Shown here: positions 38,540 to 52,127 of the stretch, piece after piece
Position numbering within the stretch: the first letter of the stretch is position 1
Layout: each line of letters starts with the position of its first letter
Source: Octopus sinensis
Taxonomy: Eukaryota
NCBI RefSeq assembly: GCF_006345805.1
Contig: NC_042997.1
Location: forward strand, 118,048,001-118,112,000
Direction of reading: 5' to 3'
Length of the DNA stretch: 64,000 bases
Translations under genes and position numbers: made by a program
The notes under the pieces: model-generated
Told to the model about the DNA's origin: nothing
Databases searched by the model: none
What the model saw: the letters and a program-made list of their open reading frames with translations, nothing else

Positions 38540-40930
38540 TTTGGAAACATAAGGACACAGTACGCTTGTGTTACATGGCCAACTGGAAACGATCTTTCCT
38601 GGGGCTAAATAGCAGTAGCATTCTTCCCTTACCTGGGACTGCCACATTAAGATGGCAACAAACCATCATTGTATCGTGTATATATCTACATACATGCGGC
38701 CTCTCTGTGATGTTTATATTTTCTGTGAACCCTTTGTCATTCATGTTAAGGAAGTCTGAAGGATATATCATTGGTTCACAATGAAACAGAAATACCAAAA
38801 TTATGCAGTTTCTTTGTGGATGACTTGACACTTTAAGCAAAGAATATGCATGAGATGAAAAAGAGCCTTAACCTGGTTACATCATTCTCGAAGGATACAG
38901 GTTTTGAGTTTGGTCATGATAAATGTTTTTATAAGGTTGTGAAAAAGGGGGAAAACTGTAAACTAGACTAGCAATATCTCCATCATCGACTTGACTGTTT
39001 CCCCTATATCTGCTGAGGAAAGTTACAGGTATCTTAGGGATGTATGAAAACATATCTTACAGTGTCCCCTGTAACAAAACGCGTGTCACTAAAGAATATT
39101 ACCACTGAATAAAGAAAATTCGGACCTCAGAACTCTCTGCATTCACTAAAATGTGATCCACAATGTGATTGAAGTGCTAGTATTCATGCCAACATTTGGG
39201 CTGCTTGATTGGACGCTTGACGAAATCCGAGCCATTGATGTGAAAACACTTATAATTGCACATAAACAGTGATGTAGACTTCTTGTACCGTAAACGAAAA
39301 CAAGGTGGCAGAGGCTTAACATCGATCCAAAATACATTTGAATGTCGTATCATATCTCTTTGGCAACATCTTTTAACGACCAACTGTTGAAGTGCATCCC
39401 TTGGCCAAGTTTGCATACACGAGGCTGATAACATTATGAGACATGGAAGGCAGGTCCTTGAGCAATATTCCTTGCATACATGCCCAAAGAAGTCGCACGA
39501 CTCTACTGCAACGTATCGTCAGATGAAAGGATGAGCATAAATGAGCAGGAGATTATGCATGGATATGTTAGTAGAAAGCTCTGAGATGATAGTAACATTG
39601 ATCAACAAAGCAGTCTATCATGGACCAGCAGCTGGATTACAACCTCCCACTTTGAAGGGTTTGCGTTTGCAATCCAGGAACAGGAAATATCAACCAAGTA
39701 CCTGATGCATAAAAGAAATAGAGATGCGGGGAAAGCCGTAAAGTGTGACAACCGAGGCAGAATTTGTGGAGTAAACACCAATGATATCAACCATATCATA
39801 AGCAGTTATCCGAAAATGTCATCACGGTATTATCTACCGATGAGACATGATATTATAGTTAGGACACTCTGTAGTGGAATCTGTCGGAAGGATAATCCCA
39901 AGTAAAAAGAAATAAAAATTCACAGTATGATAGAATACATAGTCACTCATAATAAAAAAGGGGTACAGGTGGAATGTCCCAGTGAAAACCGCAATAAAAT
40001 GTAAGCACAACAGACTTGATATAATGATCTGGGATAGAGAAGAGAAATTGTGAACAGTTGTGGAAATTAGCTGCCCAGCGGATGTTAACATAAAGCTGAA
40101 GGTCAGTGAGAAAGAGAACATCTATGCTGAACAATTGAGAAATCTGCAGTTACTCTATCCAGATTATAAGTTCAGGTTTATACCTGTAATTATTGGGGCA
40201 CTAGGATATGTAACACACTGCCTATATACCAATCTTGAAAAATTAGGTTTCTAACCAGAAAGGAGAATGCTAATTCGAAGACTACAGATCCACTCCATCA
40301 CTGGAACTGTAAAAATCTGTAAAACTTTCCAGAAGTTTATATGAGTATATCTAGATATGCAAATATATTCATTAGAATACATACATAAAACAAACATTCA
40401 AATCTGCACATATACATACATACACACATACATATAAAAAATACAAAAATGGGACAAGAACGCAAAACATCCAGACAGTTAGGTGAAACAAAAAACGGAA
40501 AACAAAATAACCAGACAGACGATACAAGGAAAACAAGGACGGATCATTCGGAGTTTTCTATCCTCAGTCGAGTTCCGAATGATCCGACCTTTTTTTCTTT
40601 GCATCGTCTGTCTGGATATTTTGTTTTCCATTTTTTGTTTCATCTTACTGTCTGGATGTTTTGCGTTCTTGTCCCATTTTTGTATTATATATATATAAAA
40701 TATAGCGGCGTACGTACACTTTGGTCTCTTATCAATACATGCATACATACATACATACATACATACATACATACATACATACATACATACATACATACAT
40801 ACATACATACATGCAAACAAACAAAAATATCTTGTTGATGTTGAAATTCCAATGAAGGATCGTTGGATCTAGGTTAGAAACCAGTTCTTTCTATATTGGC
40901 AAGAAATCCTGAAACAAAACTGAATAACGA
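38540..40930 (+). mobile_element. R4/Dong-type non-LTR retrotransposon, 5'-truncated and decayed
   Basis: SVNPLSFML, FVDDL-like RT motif, YRYLG, QGGRGL, AIQEQEISTKY, CDNRGRIC...HIIS...RHD knuckle, NRLDIMIWD...EISCP...IPVIIGALG endonuclease; 3' UTR with (TACA)n. Confidence 0.88.
40440..40686. repeat. Fold-back palindrome (about 114-bp arms, about 19-nt loop) in the R4 3' UTR
   Basis: AATACAAAAATGGGACAAGAACGCAAAACATCCAGACAG... / ...CTGTCTGGATGTTTTGCGTTCTTGTCCCATTTTTGTATT. Confidence 0.95.
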
Positions 40931-41028
40931 CACGCACACACACGCATGTGTATATACATATCATATACGTACATGCATATAGACCAATGAGTCAACAAAC
41001 AAATGGAAGTAGTATTCAATACATACAG

Positions 41029-41128
41029 NNNNNNNNNNNNNNNNNNNNNNNNNNNNNNNNNNNNNNNNNNNNNNNNNNNNNNNNNNNNNNNNNNNNNNNN
41101 NNNNNNNNNNNNNNNNNNNNNNNNNNNN
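41029..41128. other. Assembly gap (100 N)
   Basis: Run of N. Confidence 1.
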
Positions 41129-41289
41129 CACTCTTTCACTTTTCTCTCACACACACGCGCGCACACAAACACACACGCACATACGCACACACAGACGCTC
41201 ACACACGCGCACCCACGCACACACAAATACAAATACATACTCATACACACACATACAAATACATCCACGCACCCACGCACACACACACG

Positions 41290-41321
<32 letters not shown>

Positions 41322-41484
41322 CTCACACACATACACAAAAAAACACACACACGCACACACAGAAACACATACGCACACACGCACACACACTCACCCACAC
41401 TCACAAACATCACTCATACTCCCTCAAACACACGCACACACACATAGATAAACATATATAAATATATATAATATATATATATAA

Positions 41485-41520
<36 letters not shown>

Positions 41521-41719
41521 GCTAATACAAGACCCACATTAGACTTTTCACTCGTATCACTATCGAGCAAGAGTTTAACTACGGTCTATCCATAGCACTT
41601 ACTTAGCGTCACCTGCCACTATTTGGGTCTTCTATATGCCAATACCTCTCATATATAAATAGATATGTATATATTCTTTTATTCTTCTATGCAGTTCAGG
41701 CAAAAGCTGGGCCACTGGT

Positions 41720-42070
41720 AGTATCATCACGTTTTCAATCAGCATTCACTTTTGGCTGGCTCTTGGCGAATGAGAGCATTTGACGATGCCATCCGCCTTT
41801 GATTTTCTTGCCGTTACTCTTCTAAGGTGCTGGACAGCAGGAGGCCCAAATGCTTCTATAAAAAAACTACTGCTCCATCTCCGTGTAGAGGTCTCAGGTC
41901 CTTTGGCAAAATATTTGATAACTAGGGGTATTTGAATCCGAAGCTTTGGCAGTACCTGGTCCTTACTGTAGATGGGATGGCCTTTGGAGCACTATAGAGT
42001 TGTCTTCAGTTCGCGCCAGTAGTACTTTCGATGCCAAAGGTTGGTGGTAAGCCCTCAAGGGTCTTCCATA
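41720..42070 (-). mobile_element. CR1-clade LINE 3' fragment, decayed
   Basis: IWKTLEGLPP...TRYCQSFGFKYP*LSNILPKDLR, homologous to 2683-2958. Confidence 0.75.
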
Positions 42071-42149
42071 TGTATATCACTCTCTCTCTGATATATATTA
42101 CAGAAGCATAAGCATAATATTAATGCACAACATATTCTTCATAGTTTCT

Positions 42150-42350
42150 TTTACTTGTTTCAGTCATTTGACTGCGGCCATGCTGGAGTAGCACTCCTTT
42201 TAATCGAACAAATCGAACCCAGGACTTATTCCTTGTAAGCCTAGTACTTATTTTATCAGTATCTTTTGCCAAACCGCTAACCTACGGGGACGTAAACACA
42301 CCAACATCGGTTGTCAAGTGATGGTGGGGAGACAAACACAGGCACACAAA
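42150..42350 (-). mobile_element. SINE-A 3' half
   Basis: GTTTCAGTCATTTGACTGCGGCCATGCTGGAG...GGTTGTCAAG. Confidence 0.8.
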
Positions 42351-42351
42351 T

Positions 42352-42382
<31 letters not shown>

Positions 42383-42721
42383 ACACACATATATATATAC
42401 ATATGTACAACTTTCTTTAGCCCTTATTTATAAGTTGTTTATAATTTTAACCTTAACGGTATTTTAATATGCTGCCACATTTTTTGATGGAATTTTTTTC
42501 TGTAAAAAAGCTTCATCCTATATTAGTAGTAGACTTATTACTACTTGCTATAGGGACTGGTAACCACTATAAGCTGTAATGGAGAACAGTTCGCACGTGT
42601 GCTGAGGCTGACTAAAGGATTTTATTTTTAGATATATCTGGGGTACTTATATGTACTCATGATTTTTGCTTCGGCTTTTTTCCATGGGCGCATGTAACTA
42701 TCATATTTATATCTTTTCGTA

Positions 42722-42785
42722 TTTTCTACTGAAGAGGAAAAAATCTATTATGAGATTAATTTCGAAATTGATTCAATATAGAAAT
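42722..42785 (+). ncRNA. Type I hammerhead ribozyme motif with canonical core
   Basis: TTTCTA-CTGAAGA-GGAAAAAATCT(ATTATG)AGATTAATTTC-GAAA-TTGA(T)TCAA-TA-TAGAAA: 6-bp helix I, G10.1-C11.1 pair, AUA triplet. Confidence 0.7.
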
Positions 42786-42879
42786 AACGAACTTTAAAAA
42801 AAAATTCTATTGGCTGGCTTTCCTCGATTTCAGCTCTATGTGTTTTCTGTAGCGAGTAAGTAATATGTGGAAATTGACG

Positions 42880-43941
42880 ATTAATTTGGATCAACCAAAA
42901 GCTTTCGATAGGGTAGACCATCACTACTTGGAGGCTGCCCTTAGAGCGGATGCTTTCGGTCCCGTACTCCGCGGTTAGATCGCTGCCTTATACAGCGGCA
43001 TCCGCTCTGTAGTTAATGTAAATGGTCATCTGTCCAGACCATTTAACATCACGCGTTCGGTTCGTCAAGGATGCGCCCTCTCGTCGCTTCTGTACGTATT
43101 GACACTCGAGCCACCACTGCGGATGCAGATGACGTTGAGGGACATCCCACGAGAGCTGGGATGCGGAAACAGCGTGTCTGCATACGCGGACGACGTCACC
43201 GTCATAGTGTCGCGCCACAGGCATATCGACCTGGTCGGCAGGACAATAAAAGAATACGAAGCGGTAACGGGAGCAAAAATTAACTGGGAAAAGTCAGTTG
43301 GCTTGCGGCTCGGCACCTGAAGAAGCAAGCCCATGCCGTCCAACAGCGTCTCCATCGTGGGACGCTGGACCGACGGACCGGTTAAATTGCTCGGAGACTG
43401 GTTCGGTCCGGACCTCTAAATGGAGAACTGGGGCGAAATGATGACTAGAGTGGTCACTCTCACCCAGCAATGGGCCGAGAGGAGGCTATCCCTAAAAGAT
43501 CGAGTGGAGGTGGCGAACTGGTACATCGCATCCGTCATCGAGTACCGTCTGACCGTCGTGCCTTGTCCTACCCTTACCATCACCAAACTGGAATGCATAC
43601 ACTTCCGTTTTTGTGGAAGGGAAGCGTTCCGATGGTTAGGCGATCCATTTGCTGTCAACACCCGTTAAAAGGAGGGCTGGGCATGCAGTGGTTGATGATG
43701 TGTTTATTCCCTCCCTTACTGAGGTTACCGTGGTTTTTTTCCGTATGTTTTTCTTTCCACGGATAGACCTAACCTTACTTTTTACATTTTTAATATTTTC
43801 TGTGATACACGATCCCTTTTCATCGTTTCCCCCCACAATCCCTTTTGATCGGAATTTTATTTTCCTCCTTTATTTTCTATTTTCTAAAATACATTGTATT
43901 TTGCCCCCACTGTGTTCGGCCCTGTGGGGCTAATAAAGAAA
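42880..43941 (+). mobile_element. Tx1-type LINE, 5'-truncated, C-terminal region deleted
   Basis: LDQPKAFDRVDH, VRQGCALS, SAYADDVTV, AKINWEKS; 3' end CCCTGTGGGGCTAATAAAGAAA followed by (TATC)n. Confidence 0.9.
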
Positions 43942-43942
43942 C

Positions 43943-44142
<200 letters not shown>

Positions 44143-44228
44143 CTGAACAGGGGCGCGAATTTCTCGAGCCTGAAAGGATGTATGAAGCCTTTCAACAACA
44201 TTTTGTCCGACTGTTCGAGACAACTGGT
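44143..44228 (+). mobile_element. Isolated 86-bp Tx1 ORF2 fragment
   Basis: [28 protein letters not shown] aligns with NQNGVLVNEVEKMCEAFREYFAQLFGSNG of ORF 17975-18871. Confidence 0.65.
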
Positions 44229-44254
44229 CTATCTATATCTGTCTATCTATATCG

Positions 44255-44303
<49 letters not shown>

Positions 44304-44905
44304 ACACACACACACATACACACACACCAGCAAGACATAGCGGTATGTTTAGAAAGTTCGGTATAAGAGAAGGATAGAATAAGCAACAGATTCGAACATA
44401 AATATTTAAGTACGGGCCGTTGATTCGTGCGACTAGAGCTGTCTATGCAGTACACCGACAAAAGCAAATAAAAAATTAAAAGAAAAAGGATAAAAAAAGA
44501 GACAACAATATAGGTGCATTATTGAACCTCATGTATCAAGACTGATGTTACGATCATTACTTATCTAGGCCTAACTTTATTGATCCAGGTAAGTAAAAAA
44601 ATTTGTATTCTAATGTTCGATTTGAGGAATACAAGTAAGTGCATTTCAGGAAGGATGATAGTTTAGTAAGCATTACCAATGTTGTGAAGTGGATGTAAAG
44701 GAGTGAAATCGCCGGAAGGAAATCATTTTGAGAAATATATTGGGAAAGTATAAGAAAATAATAAGAAAGAGAAAATATTTGTTCCAGGAAAGTTCGTTTC
44801 GTTTAATGCATTCTACATTACATATACTGTGTTGTCGTTCTTTGTTCTCCTTAGAAGTATCTTTCCTTCTTATAATACTCTCTCTCTCTATCTATCTCTT
44901 TCTCT

Positions 44906-44969
<64 letters not shown>

Positions 44970-45067
44970 TCACACACACACACACACACGCACAAATACA
45001 CATATGTATGTGTGTATATTTATGTATACATATGTATGCATATATATATGTAATAAATATATATATA

Positions 45068-45250
45068 TCTTATATAAAATCCGTTCTCCCTGTCAGTCTG
45101 TGTGTGTGTGTGTCTTCTCGGATCTCGGGCATCCTCCATCCGATTGCGCTCAAATTTGATATGTAGATACCGACGGTATCAGGGCGTGTATAAGTCTTGA
45201 AAAAATTACAAAAATCGATTCCAGGGGAGAATGCAATCGATAAAGCCGTT
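45068..45250 (+). mobile_element. Probable Helitron 5' portion
   Basis: A|TCTTATATAAAA start, TGTG repeat, CCGATTGCGCTCAAATTTG motif like the other Helitron/HINE bodies; no 3' end found. Confidence 0.45.
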
Positions 45251-45722
45251 TTCGTCCTGCTTTTCTTCAGTCAACCTGTACATAACTGCACCTTCCATTT
45301 TTTGTTGTTTTTGTACTGCTTAAATGCGCGTTTCTTTCCCACCAAGCTTACTGTTTAAACCATGATTGTGTTCTCCCAGTCAACAACCTTATCATTACTG
45401 GTACTTTAAACTCTTTGGTTGCATATTTGTGTGAATAAAATCGTTTTTCTTTGGAATAGAAAAAAGTCTATCTTTATTTCTTCTTTTGCTGGTGTCTCAA
45501 ATTTAGGTTAAATCAGTGTTTCTCAAAGGGGAGGCCTATGGGACGGTCGGACAAGTTATTTTGAGAAAATGTGGTTTAAATGTTTGACAACTCAGCATCG
45601 TCCATTGGACGGGGGGCGTTTTGCTCGTATACACACACACATACACACACGCACGCACACACACGCGCACACACACACATACACACACACACACACACAC
45701 GCTCACATATACATATTCAATA

Positions 45723-45926
45723 TGTGACCGCGTGTGTATCGTTGGCGATTTTCTTTCTCCATCTTCCCTTCCTTGGACCTTTCCTTTTTCTATATTTCTG
45801 ATGAAGAGCTCCGCTCGAAACGTTAAATCCCCCTTCTTTCTTTCCTTTCCTGAGCATCCAATAATACTATACTTGTTCCACGTCCTCGCGTTGTAGTGTT
45901 TTCTCTTTGTTCATGTTTGGATTAAC
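45723..45926 (+). mobile_element. About 205-bp Penelope-type element with canonical hammerhead core (45794-45828)
   Basis: ATTT-CTGATGA-A-GAGC(TCC)GCTC-GAAA-CG-TT-AAAT. Confidence 0.75.
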
Positions 45927-46651
45927 AATATATACACATACATATATACATACATTCTTTGCATATATGCATTCATATGAATATCTACATATATATCTCT
46001 GCATGAATATATGTATATGTATGTATATTTTATGATTTTGCTAAGGAATAGCAATACTAATAGCCAGTTGCTATGTACATGTATATTCAGTTGATAGAAT
46101 AAGGCATTATGCAAGTGCAGAGCGAAATATGAATTATTAAAGGACAAGGAAACAAGAGTTACATTATCAACTTCAATGACTCACAACTGTTTCTACTATC
46201 AGAAGCACTGCCGCAAAAGCTGAGTGTTTCTGGAATGTCTTTTAGTTTCATCGGAGCCACACATAAACGCACACATGGACCCCTCTCTTACATTTATAAA
46301 TATACATTTATAAATCTGGTTGTCACTGCTTAGTACTAAGGGTTCCATCCTCCCCATTTGGAGTCGGAACCTGTTTCTGCACCAGCTTGGGTGTCATAAG
46401 GTCGCAGCTCTTCAATACTTACCCCAAAAAGCTACATGAGAATCTACATGGAGAACATGCAGTTATTAAGTAACATCCGGTCATTCTTATTTTGTCAGAG
46501 ATCCTGTATAAACATATGTCACAGCGAGAAACACAATAAAGGGAGAGGCATCAAACTGTCTCATTAATCCTAAACATACACACGCACACAGACACAGGCA
46601 CAAACACAGAGGCACACATGCACAAGCAAGAACTCGTGCGCGTATAGAGAA

Positions 46652-46696
<45 letters not shown>

Positions 46697-46773
46697 GGGC
46701 TGCAAAAATAAAAATAACATTGATTGTCGTGCCCCTGCATTGCCTTGTTCGACTGGGTGGAACAAATATAAGA

Positions 46774-46805
<32 letters not shown>

Positions 46806-46844
46806 TTATGCGTGTAGACAGAAGCTATTTTTAAGAAACTGTAT

Positions 46845-48710
46845 GATCTCTTCATAAACATTTGGAAGGCTGGCCGTGTACCACAGGACTTCAAGTATGC
46901 CTCACTTCAACATCTTTATAAGAACAAAGGAAATAGAAATGTCTGTGATAATCATCGTAGAATATCGCTTCTGTCAATTGCTGGTAAAATTCTTGCACGA
47001 CGCATTCTTGACAGGATCATCAAACACGTTGTAAACGACATCTATGAAGAATCACAGTGCGGATTTTCCTCTGGTCGTGGCACTATTGACATGATCTTTT
47101 CCCTCCGACAGGTCACGGAGAAGGTACGTGAGAAAAGCCAAGAGTTGTTCTTGATATTCACTGACCTTACTAAGGACTTCGACATAGTTAACCGGTAAGC
47201 ACTATGGAAAGTTCTGACAAAGCTTGGTATACTTGAGAAGATGTTGAATGTTATCATTTCCTTTCATGAGTGAATGAAGGATGCTGTCGTGTCCGATGGG
47301 GAATCTTCGACTTCCTTCGACGTTACAAACGGCACAAAGCACGGTTGTTATGGTCCCTATTTTGTTTGCACTCTTCTTTTCAGTGATGCTGAAGTATGCT
47401 TTTGGCGACATACAAAGTGGTGTCAAGTTCCAGTATCGAACAATTGGTGGACTATTCAATCATCAGCATTTCAAAGCCAGAACATTGCTACGCACCAGCA
47501 TCATTCATGATCTACTCTTTGCAGATGCTGCTGCACTAGTAGCGATCTCTTCAGAGGAAGCTCAGAAACTTCTAGACCGGTTTTCTCCTGCATGTAAAGC
47601 CTTTTGGTTTGCGTTAGCACGCCGGGCGAAATGCTTAGCGGTATTTCGTCTGTCGTTACGTCCTGAGTTCAAATTCCGCCGAGGTCGACTTTGCCTTTCA
47701 TCCTTTCGGGGTCGATATAATCGACTTAATCCGTTTGTCTGTCCTTGTTTGTCCTCTCTGTGTTTAGCCCCTTGTGGGTAGTAAAGAAATAGGTTTGACC
47801 ATCAGCATAAAGAAGACGGAAGTAATCTAACAACCTTGCACTACTCCTAAACAAATTCGAGGTGTCAAACAGAGGCCACCGGTTCACAGTTTTCTTGACA
47901 CTCCTATAGAGGTTGATAGGAAAAACTTAAAAATTATGTGAAGTCATTTACATATCTTGGCAGTAAAGTGAATTTGAGCGCTTCCCTTGATGATAAAATC
48001 GTCAACCGTCTTGCAAAGGCAACCAACGCATTTGGCAAACTCTGTCACCGCCCATGGAATGAAAGGCGTATCAAACTTGACACCAAAGTACAGGTCTATA
48101 AAGCTGCCATACTTATTACTCTCTCGTATGGCTCAGAATCGTGGATACCCTATAGACGATACATTAACCAACTACTCATCTTCTGCAAAGACTGTCTGAG
48201 GACAATCTGTTGTTATTCACTAAAAGACAAAGTTTCTAATGCCGACTTGTTTAGCAAGTGTAAGATTGGTGAAACTGAGAGCTTCATTATGCGATCACAA
48301 TGAGTGGTGAAAGGATACCCAAAGTCCTCATGTATAGCCAGATTGAGACTGGACACAAGAATGTTGCTCAACCATGGCTCAGATATAAGGTCAAACTGAA
48401 GAAAACCTCTTAGAAATGAAGATAGCTCGCAACACATTTGAGCGAACAGATTTGGAACGAATAAAATCGAGATCGTTGTGTCAAAATGCAACCAGCATTA
48501 ACAAGCTTCAGGGTGCAAGGCAAAGGAGAAAAGCGGCTGCAAATATACCCCATGCACTGACCTGTAATCCTAAGACTTGCAACATCTGTGGCCTTCTTTG
48601 CAAATCGTTGGCGGGATTTAAATGTCACATTCGACATAAGCATTATGACTGACAAAGAAAGAGTACGTTGACGGAACCTCATACTTCGAAACCGACGGGA
48701 GAGTCCATCA
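46845..48710 (+). mobile_element. RTE-clade LINE, 5'-truncated and decayed, interrupted by SINE-B
   Basis: RISLLSIAGKILAR, QCGFSSGRGTIDMIF, LLFADAAAL, AFGLTISIKKTE (split), FTYLGS, TKVQVYKAA, C-terminal CNICGLLCKSLAGFKCHIRH. Confidence 0.92.
47612..47791 (+). mobile_element. SINE-B tail 2, truncated, inserted in the RTE
   Basis: TSD GGTTTG at 47606-47611 and 47792-47797; removing the insert restores AFGLTISIKK. Confidence 0.92.
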
Positions 48711-48992
48711 TATATACATGTGTGTGTGTGTGTGCGTGCGTGTGTGTGTCCATTTGTATGAAGTGATAATAGTGCAGGAAAACTATTATAGTTCAATAAT
48801 TTATTGTTTTTCTTCCTTTCGTCATTTTTACCCTAGACTTATATCCTTGTTTGTTTCTTTTCGCTGAGGGGAAATCAAATTCGAGCTCCCTTCTAGATTC
48901 CGAGCCCACTTCGTTTGCTGCTTCTCTTCTTCAGCAATATATTATACTATTAGTCAATAGGAAACCCTGTGTTACGGTTGAAATTTACTTAC

Positions 48993-49110
48993 CTTTGACA
49001 CTAAAGTAATTTCCCTTGATACAGTTATACAGTATTTCAGTAGAGTCGCTCTTTCCATTGTTTCGAATTATCGCTCCATCAACCTGCTGCGGTAATTTAT
49101 CCTTGTTAGT
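48993..49110 (-). CDS. Candidate exon, weakly Sushi/CCP-like (TNKDKLPQQVDGAIIRNNGKSDSTEILYNCIKGNYFSVK)
   Basis: Strong donor AAG|GTAAGT; frame open to about 49151 including an upstream Cys; YxCxxGxY pattern; acceptor ambiguous. Confidence 0.3.
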
Positions 49111-49836
49111 CTTAACACAGAGAAACTTAACGTAAAATTGTTGACGGATTTCTCACATACTACTGCACTGATTTCGTTGGGGAAATAAATATGAAGGTGA
49201 AAATACTCAAGTTCTATAAGTGATTAATCAATGACACCATATAACTCCCAAGATGGCCGCATTATATTCTACAACAGATAATATTTTAACTTTGGCCAGA
49301 AAGGAAACCAGTTTTACAAATGGAGAAATTCAGTACGTCACGAAATTTATTACGATTGAATTATTAATTATTGCTGTTTAGTCTCAGACCAGACCTGATT
49401 TAGTAAACGTATGATCAAATCCATTCCAGTTGTGACTACCCCATCCATTATATTTTTTTCTTACAGACACTTTGTACGTAAGATTACATTATCCAGTATT
49501 TCCCTAAGACCGTTTAACGGGGTCTGCGGGAGTTTAGCTGCTGTTTCTTGTAGGGTGAGAGATAACGATGAAGCTCTGTTATTGGTTTCTGATTTATTGA
49601 TGTTGTTGCTGTTGCTGTTGGAGATTTTATTAAAGCGACATTTATTACTTTATTGATTTTTATGGCGCTCTTTATATAGCCACTAATATTGCTAGAAATA
49701 GCAGTCAAATATTATTCATATCAACTCTACTGCCATAAATAAGAGAAGATAATGTAATCAGTCCTCGGCCTAAACGGATAGGGTGAGTAGGGCTAAGCAT
49801 CAACACCAATGCTATTATCGAGTCATATAAGATACA

Positions 49837-50067
49837 TATTTCTTTACTACCCACAAGGGGATAAACCTAGAGGGGACAAACAAGGACAGACAAACGGATT
49901 AAGTCGATTACATCGACCCCAGTGCGTAACTGGTACTTTATTTATCGACCCCGAAAGGATGAAAGGCAAAGTCGACCTCGGCGGAATTTGAACTCAGAAC
50001 GTAGCGGCAGACGAAATACCGCTAAGCATTTCGCCCGGCGTGCCAGCGTTTCTGCCAGGTCGCCGCC
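49837..50067 (-). mobile_element. SINE-B tail 2, full length
   Basis: TSD CGAGT(C/T)ATATAAGATAC at 49819-49835 and 50087-50103. Confidence 0.9.
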
Positions 50068-50555
50068 TTATTATATGACTCGCCGCCGAGTTATATAAGA
50101 TACCACTCTGCATTGGTTGGCTTACCATAAACTCCTGATATTTACTAAGATGAGAGCAATGAGGGATTGTAAAGTTCATGTCATTACCAAAAGGTACCAA
50201 CAAAAGTGAGTAAAACTGGATTTGGTGAAGATCTGAACTTAAATCTCAGACGCACGCTTCACTCATCAGATTTTTTAAGTTGTGCAATCGCCAGCAAGGC
50301 GACTATCTGCTTCCCGATCAAGTAGGAGGGTGTTGCGGAGAGCACATAAGCTGGGGAAGTGAACCCGGATGAAGCCAACTGCTGGTGCAAAACCTCATGC
50401 ACGGGCATTGCTGGCATTTTGCATGGGTAATGGTCAGTGAGGTTCTTCCTCGGTTACGAGTGGACAGCCATCCATCTTTTATGTATGTATGTATGTATTA
50501 TGTATGTATGTATGTATGTATTATGTATGTATGTATGTATGTATGTATGTATGTA

Positions 50556-50743
50556 GGGAGAGTTTACGAAAAAAACAAAAGACGAAGACATGTGGTGTAC
50601 AAAACAAACAGATGTATTAGTATAACGCTCAGGAATAGAAAAGTCTTTTACGTTTCGAGCCTACGCTCTTCTACAGAAAGGGACAAAAAAACAAAAACAA
50701 GGAGAGAAAAAATGTGTGTAGTAGCTACCGATCTATCATGGCG
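50556..50743 (-). mobile_element. About 190-bp Penelope-type element with CUGUAGA hammerhead-like motif (50646-50679)
   Basis: Near-identical to 23684-23872; embedded in (TATG)n. Confidence 0.7.
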
Positions 50744-50763
50744 ACAGATGCATACATACATAC

Positions 50764-50823
<60 letters not shown>

Positions 50824-51242
50824 GCATGTATGCATGTATATATGTATATATGCATTTTTGTATGTGTGCATAAGTATGATTTTGTCAGCGTGTGCTTGTC
50901 TATGCATGTGTGTGTGTGTGTGTGTGTGGTGTGTGTGTTATGTGTGTGTTATACCCTTTTCTGTATTCATGATTAACGTGTAAATCGATGTTGTGTCTAT
51001 TTAACTTCGTAACTTAGCGATGCAATGAACAGAAATCAATAAAATGAGTACCATATTGAATTATGTACTGAGCTCGATGCGATCGATTAAAACCCTCGAA
51101 GAGGGTGCTCTAACATAGCCGTAGTCTAATGACTGAAACCAGTAAAAGCAAATAATGATATAAAGTGGGAAGCAAGTAGCTATACACACCTACACACCTA
51201 TGCGTTCTTCATGTCTCAAACTGCATGAAACGTATACAAATA

Positions 51243-51808
51243 TTAGGTTGTCCAGAAAGTTCGTGCCGATTTTTAAAGGAAAGAGCAAGGTCAATAAATA
51301 CTTGACATTACATTTTTAATCAACGAAATATGAACCGTTTTGTTGCACAATGCGTCTCCATCTTTCCTTTAACTTGAAAATACCCTCTTCCCAGAATTGA
51401 GGTGGTTTCATGGCAAAGAATTCATCAATGTATCTTTTTACGTCATCCAAAGAATTGAGATTTTTACCATTAAGACTATTCTGCAGAGACCTGAATAAGT
51501 GGAAATCTGAAGGAGCAATATCTGGTGAATACGGAGGGTGGGGTAACACATCCCAGCCGAGCTTCAGCAATTTTCGTTTGGTTTCTAAAGCATCAAGTGC
51601 CGAAAATGAACTTTCTTATCTTCTATTTTAAAGGGTTACAGAATTAACACAGGTTATAGGAATATAAACCTTCTTCCACGAAAAGATAGCTTAAACTGTG
51701 CTCTAAATGGAGGTGTAGTCAAATTCTATTTTATGGACTCAACCATGTTCTAAAATAAGTCGAAAGTTAAGCTACTATAAATCGGCACGAACTTTCCGGA
51801 CAACCCAA
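51243..51808 (-). mobile_element. Mariner deletion derivative with both TIRs
   Basis: TA|TTAGGTTGTCCAGAAAGTTCGTGCCGATTT ... AAATCGGCACGAACTTTCCGGACAACCCAA|TA; retains HPPYSPDIAPSDFHLF. Confidence 0.92.
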
Positions 51809-52127
51809 TACTTCAATCTTTACAAATTTCTTTCATGATGTCAGATACACTTATTACTGTTGAATAATGAGACAAAAGATGTTGGATAAAGAAAGACAAA
51901 TCTTAAGAATCAGACTGCGAAGTATGAACTTATTCAGACAAACTTATTTTCGTTTATGAGATACCATTAGGTAGAAGCAAATGTGTACATGTCTTTTGTT
52001 CTTGCTCGAAGCTTATCGTAACAGATGTAGTTGATGTTAAGATCTGTAAGTTTATGTCTGCTACCGGACACGTGAGTTGAGAGGGAATTAAGATACTTGG
52101 AGTTCTATTGGAACAAGGAGAAAATGC

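Noticed and set aside
48885-48937. Minus-strand CTGAAGA-A-GAG...CTC-GGAA-TCTAGA
   Set aside because: GAAA and the U16.1 position are not satisfied; at best a decayed motif.
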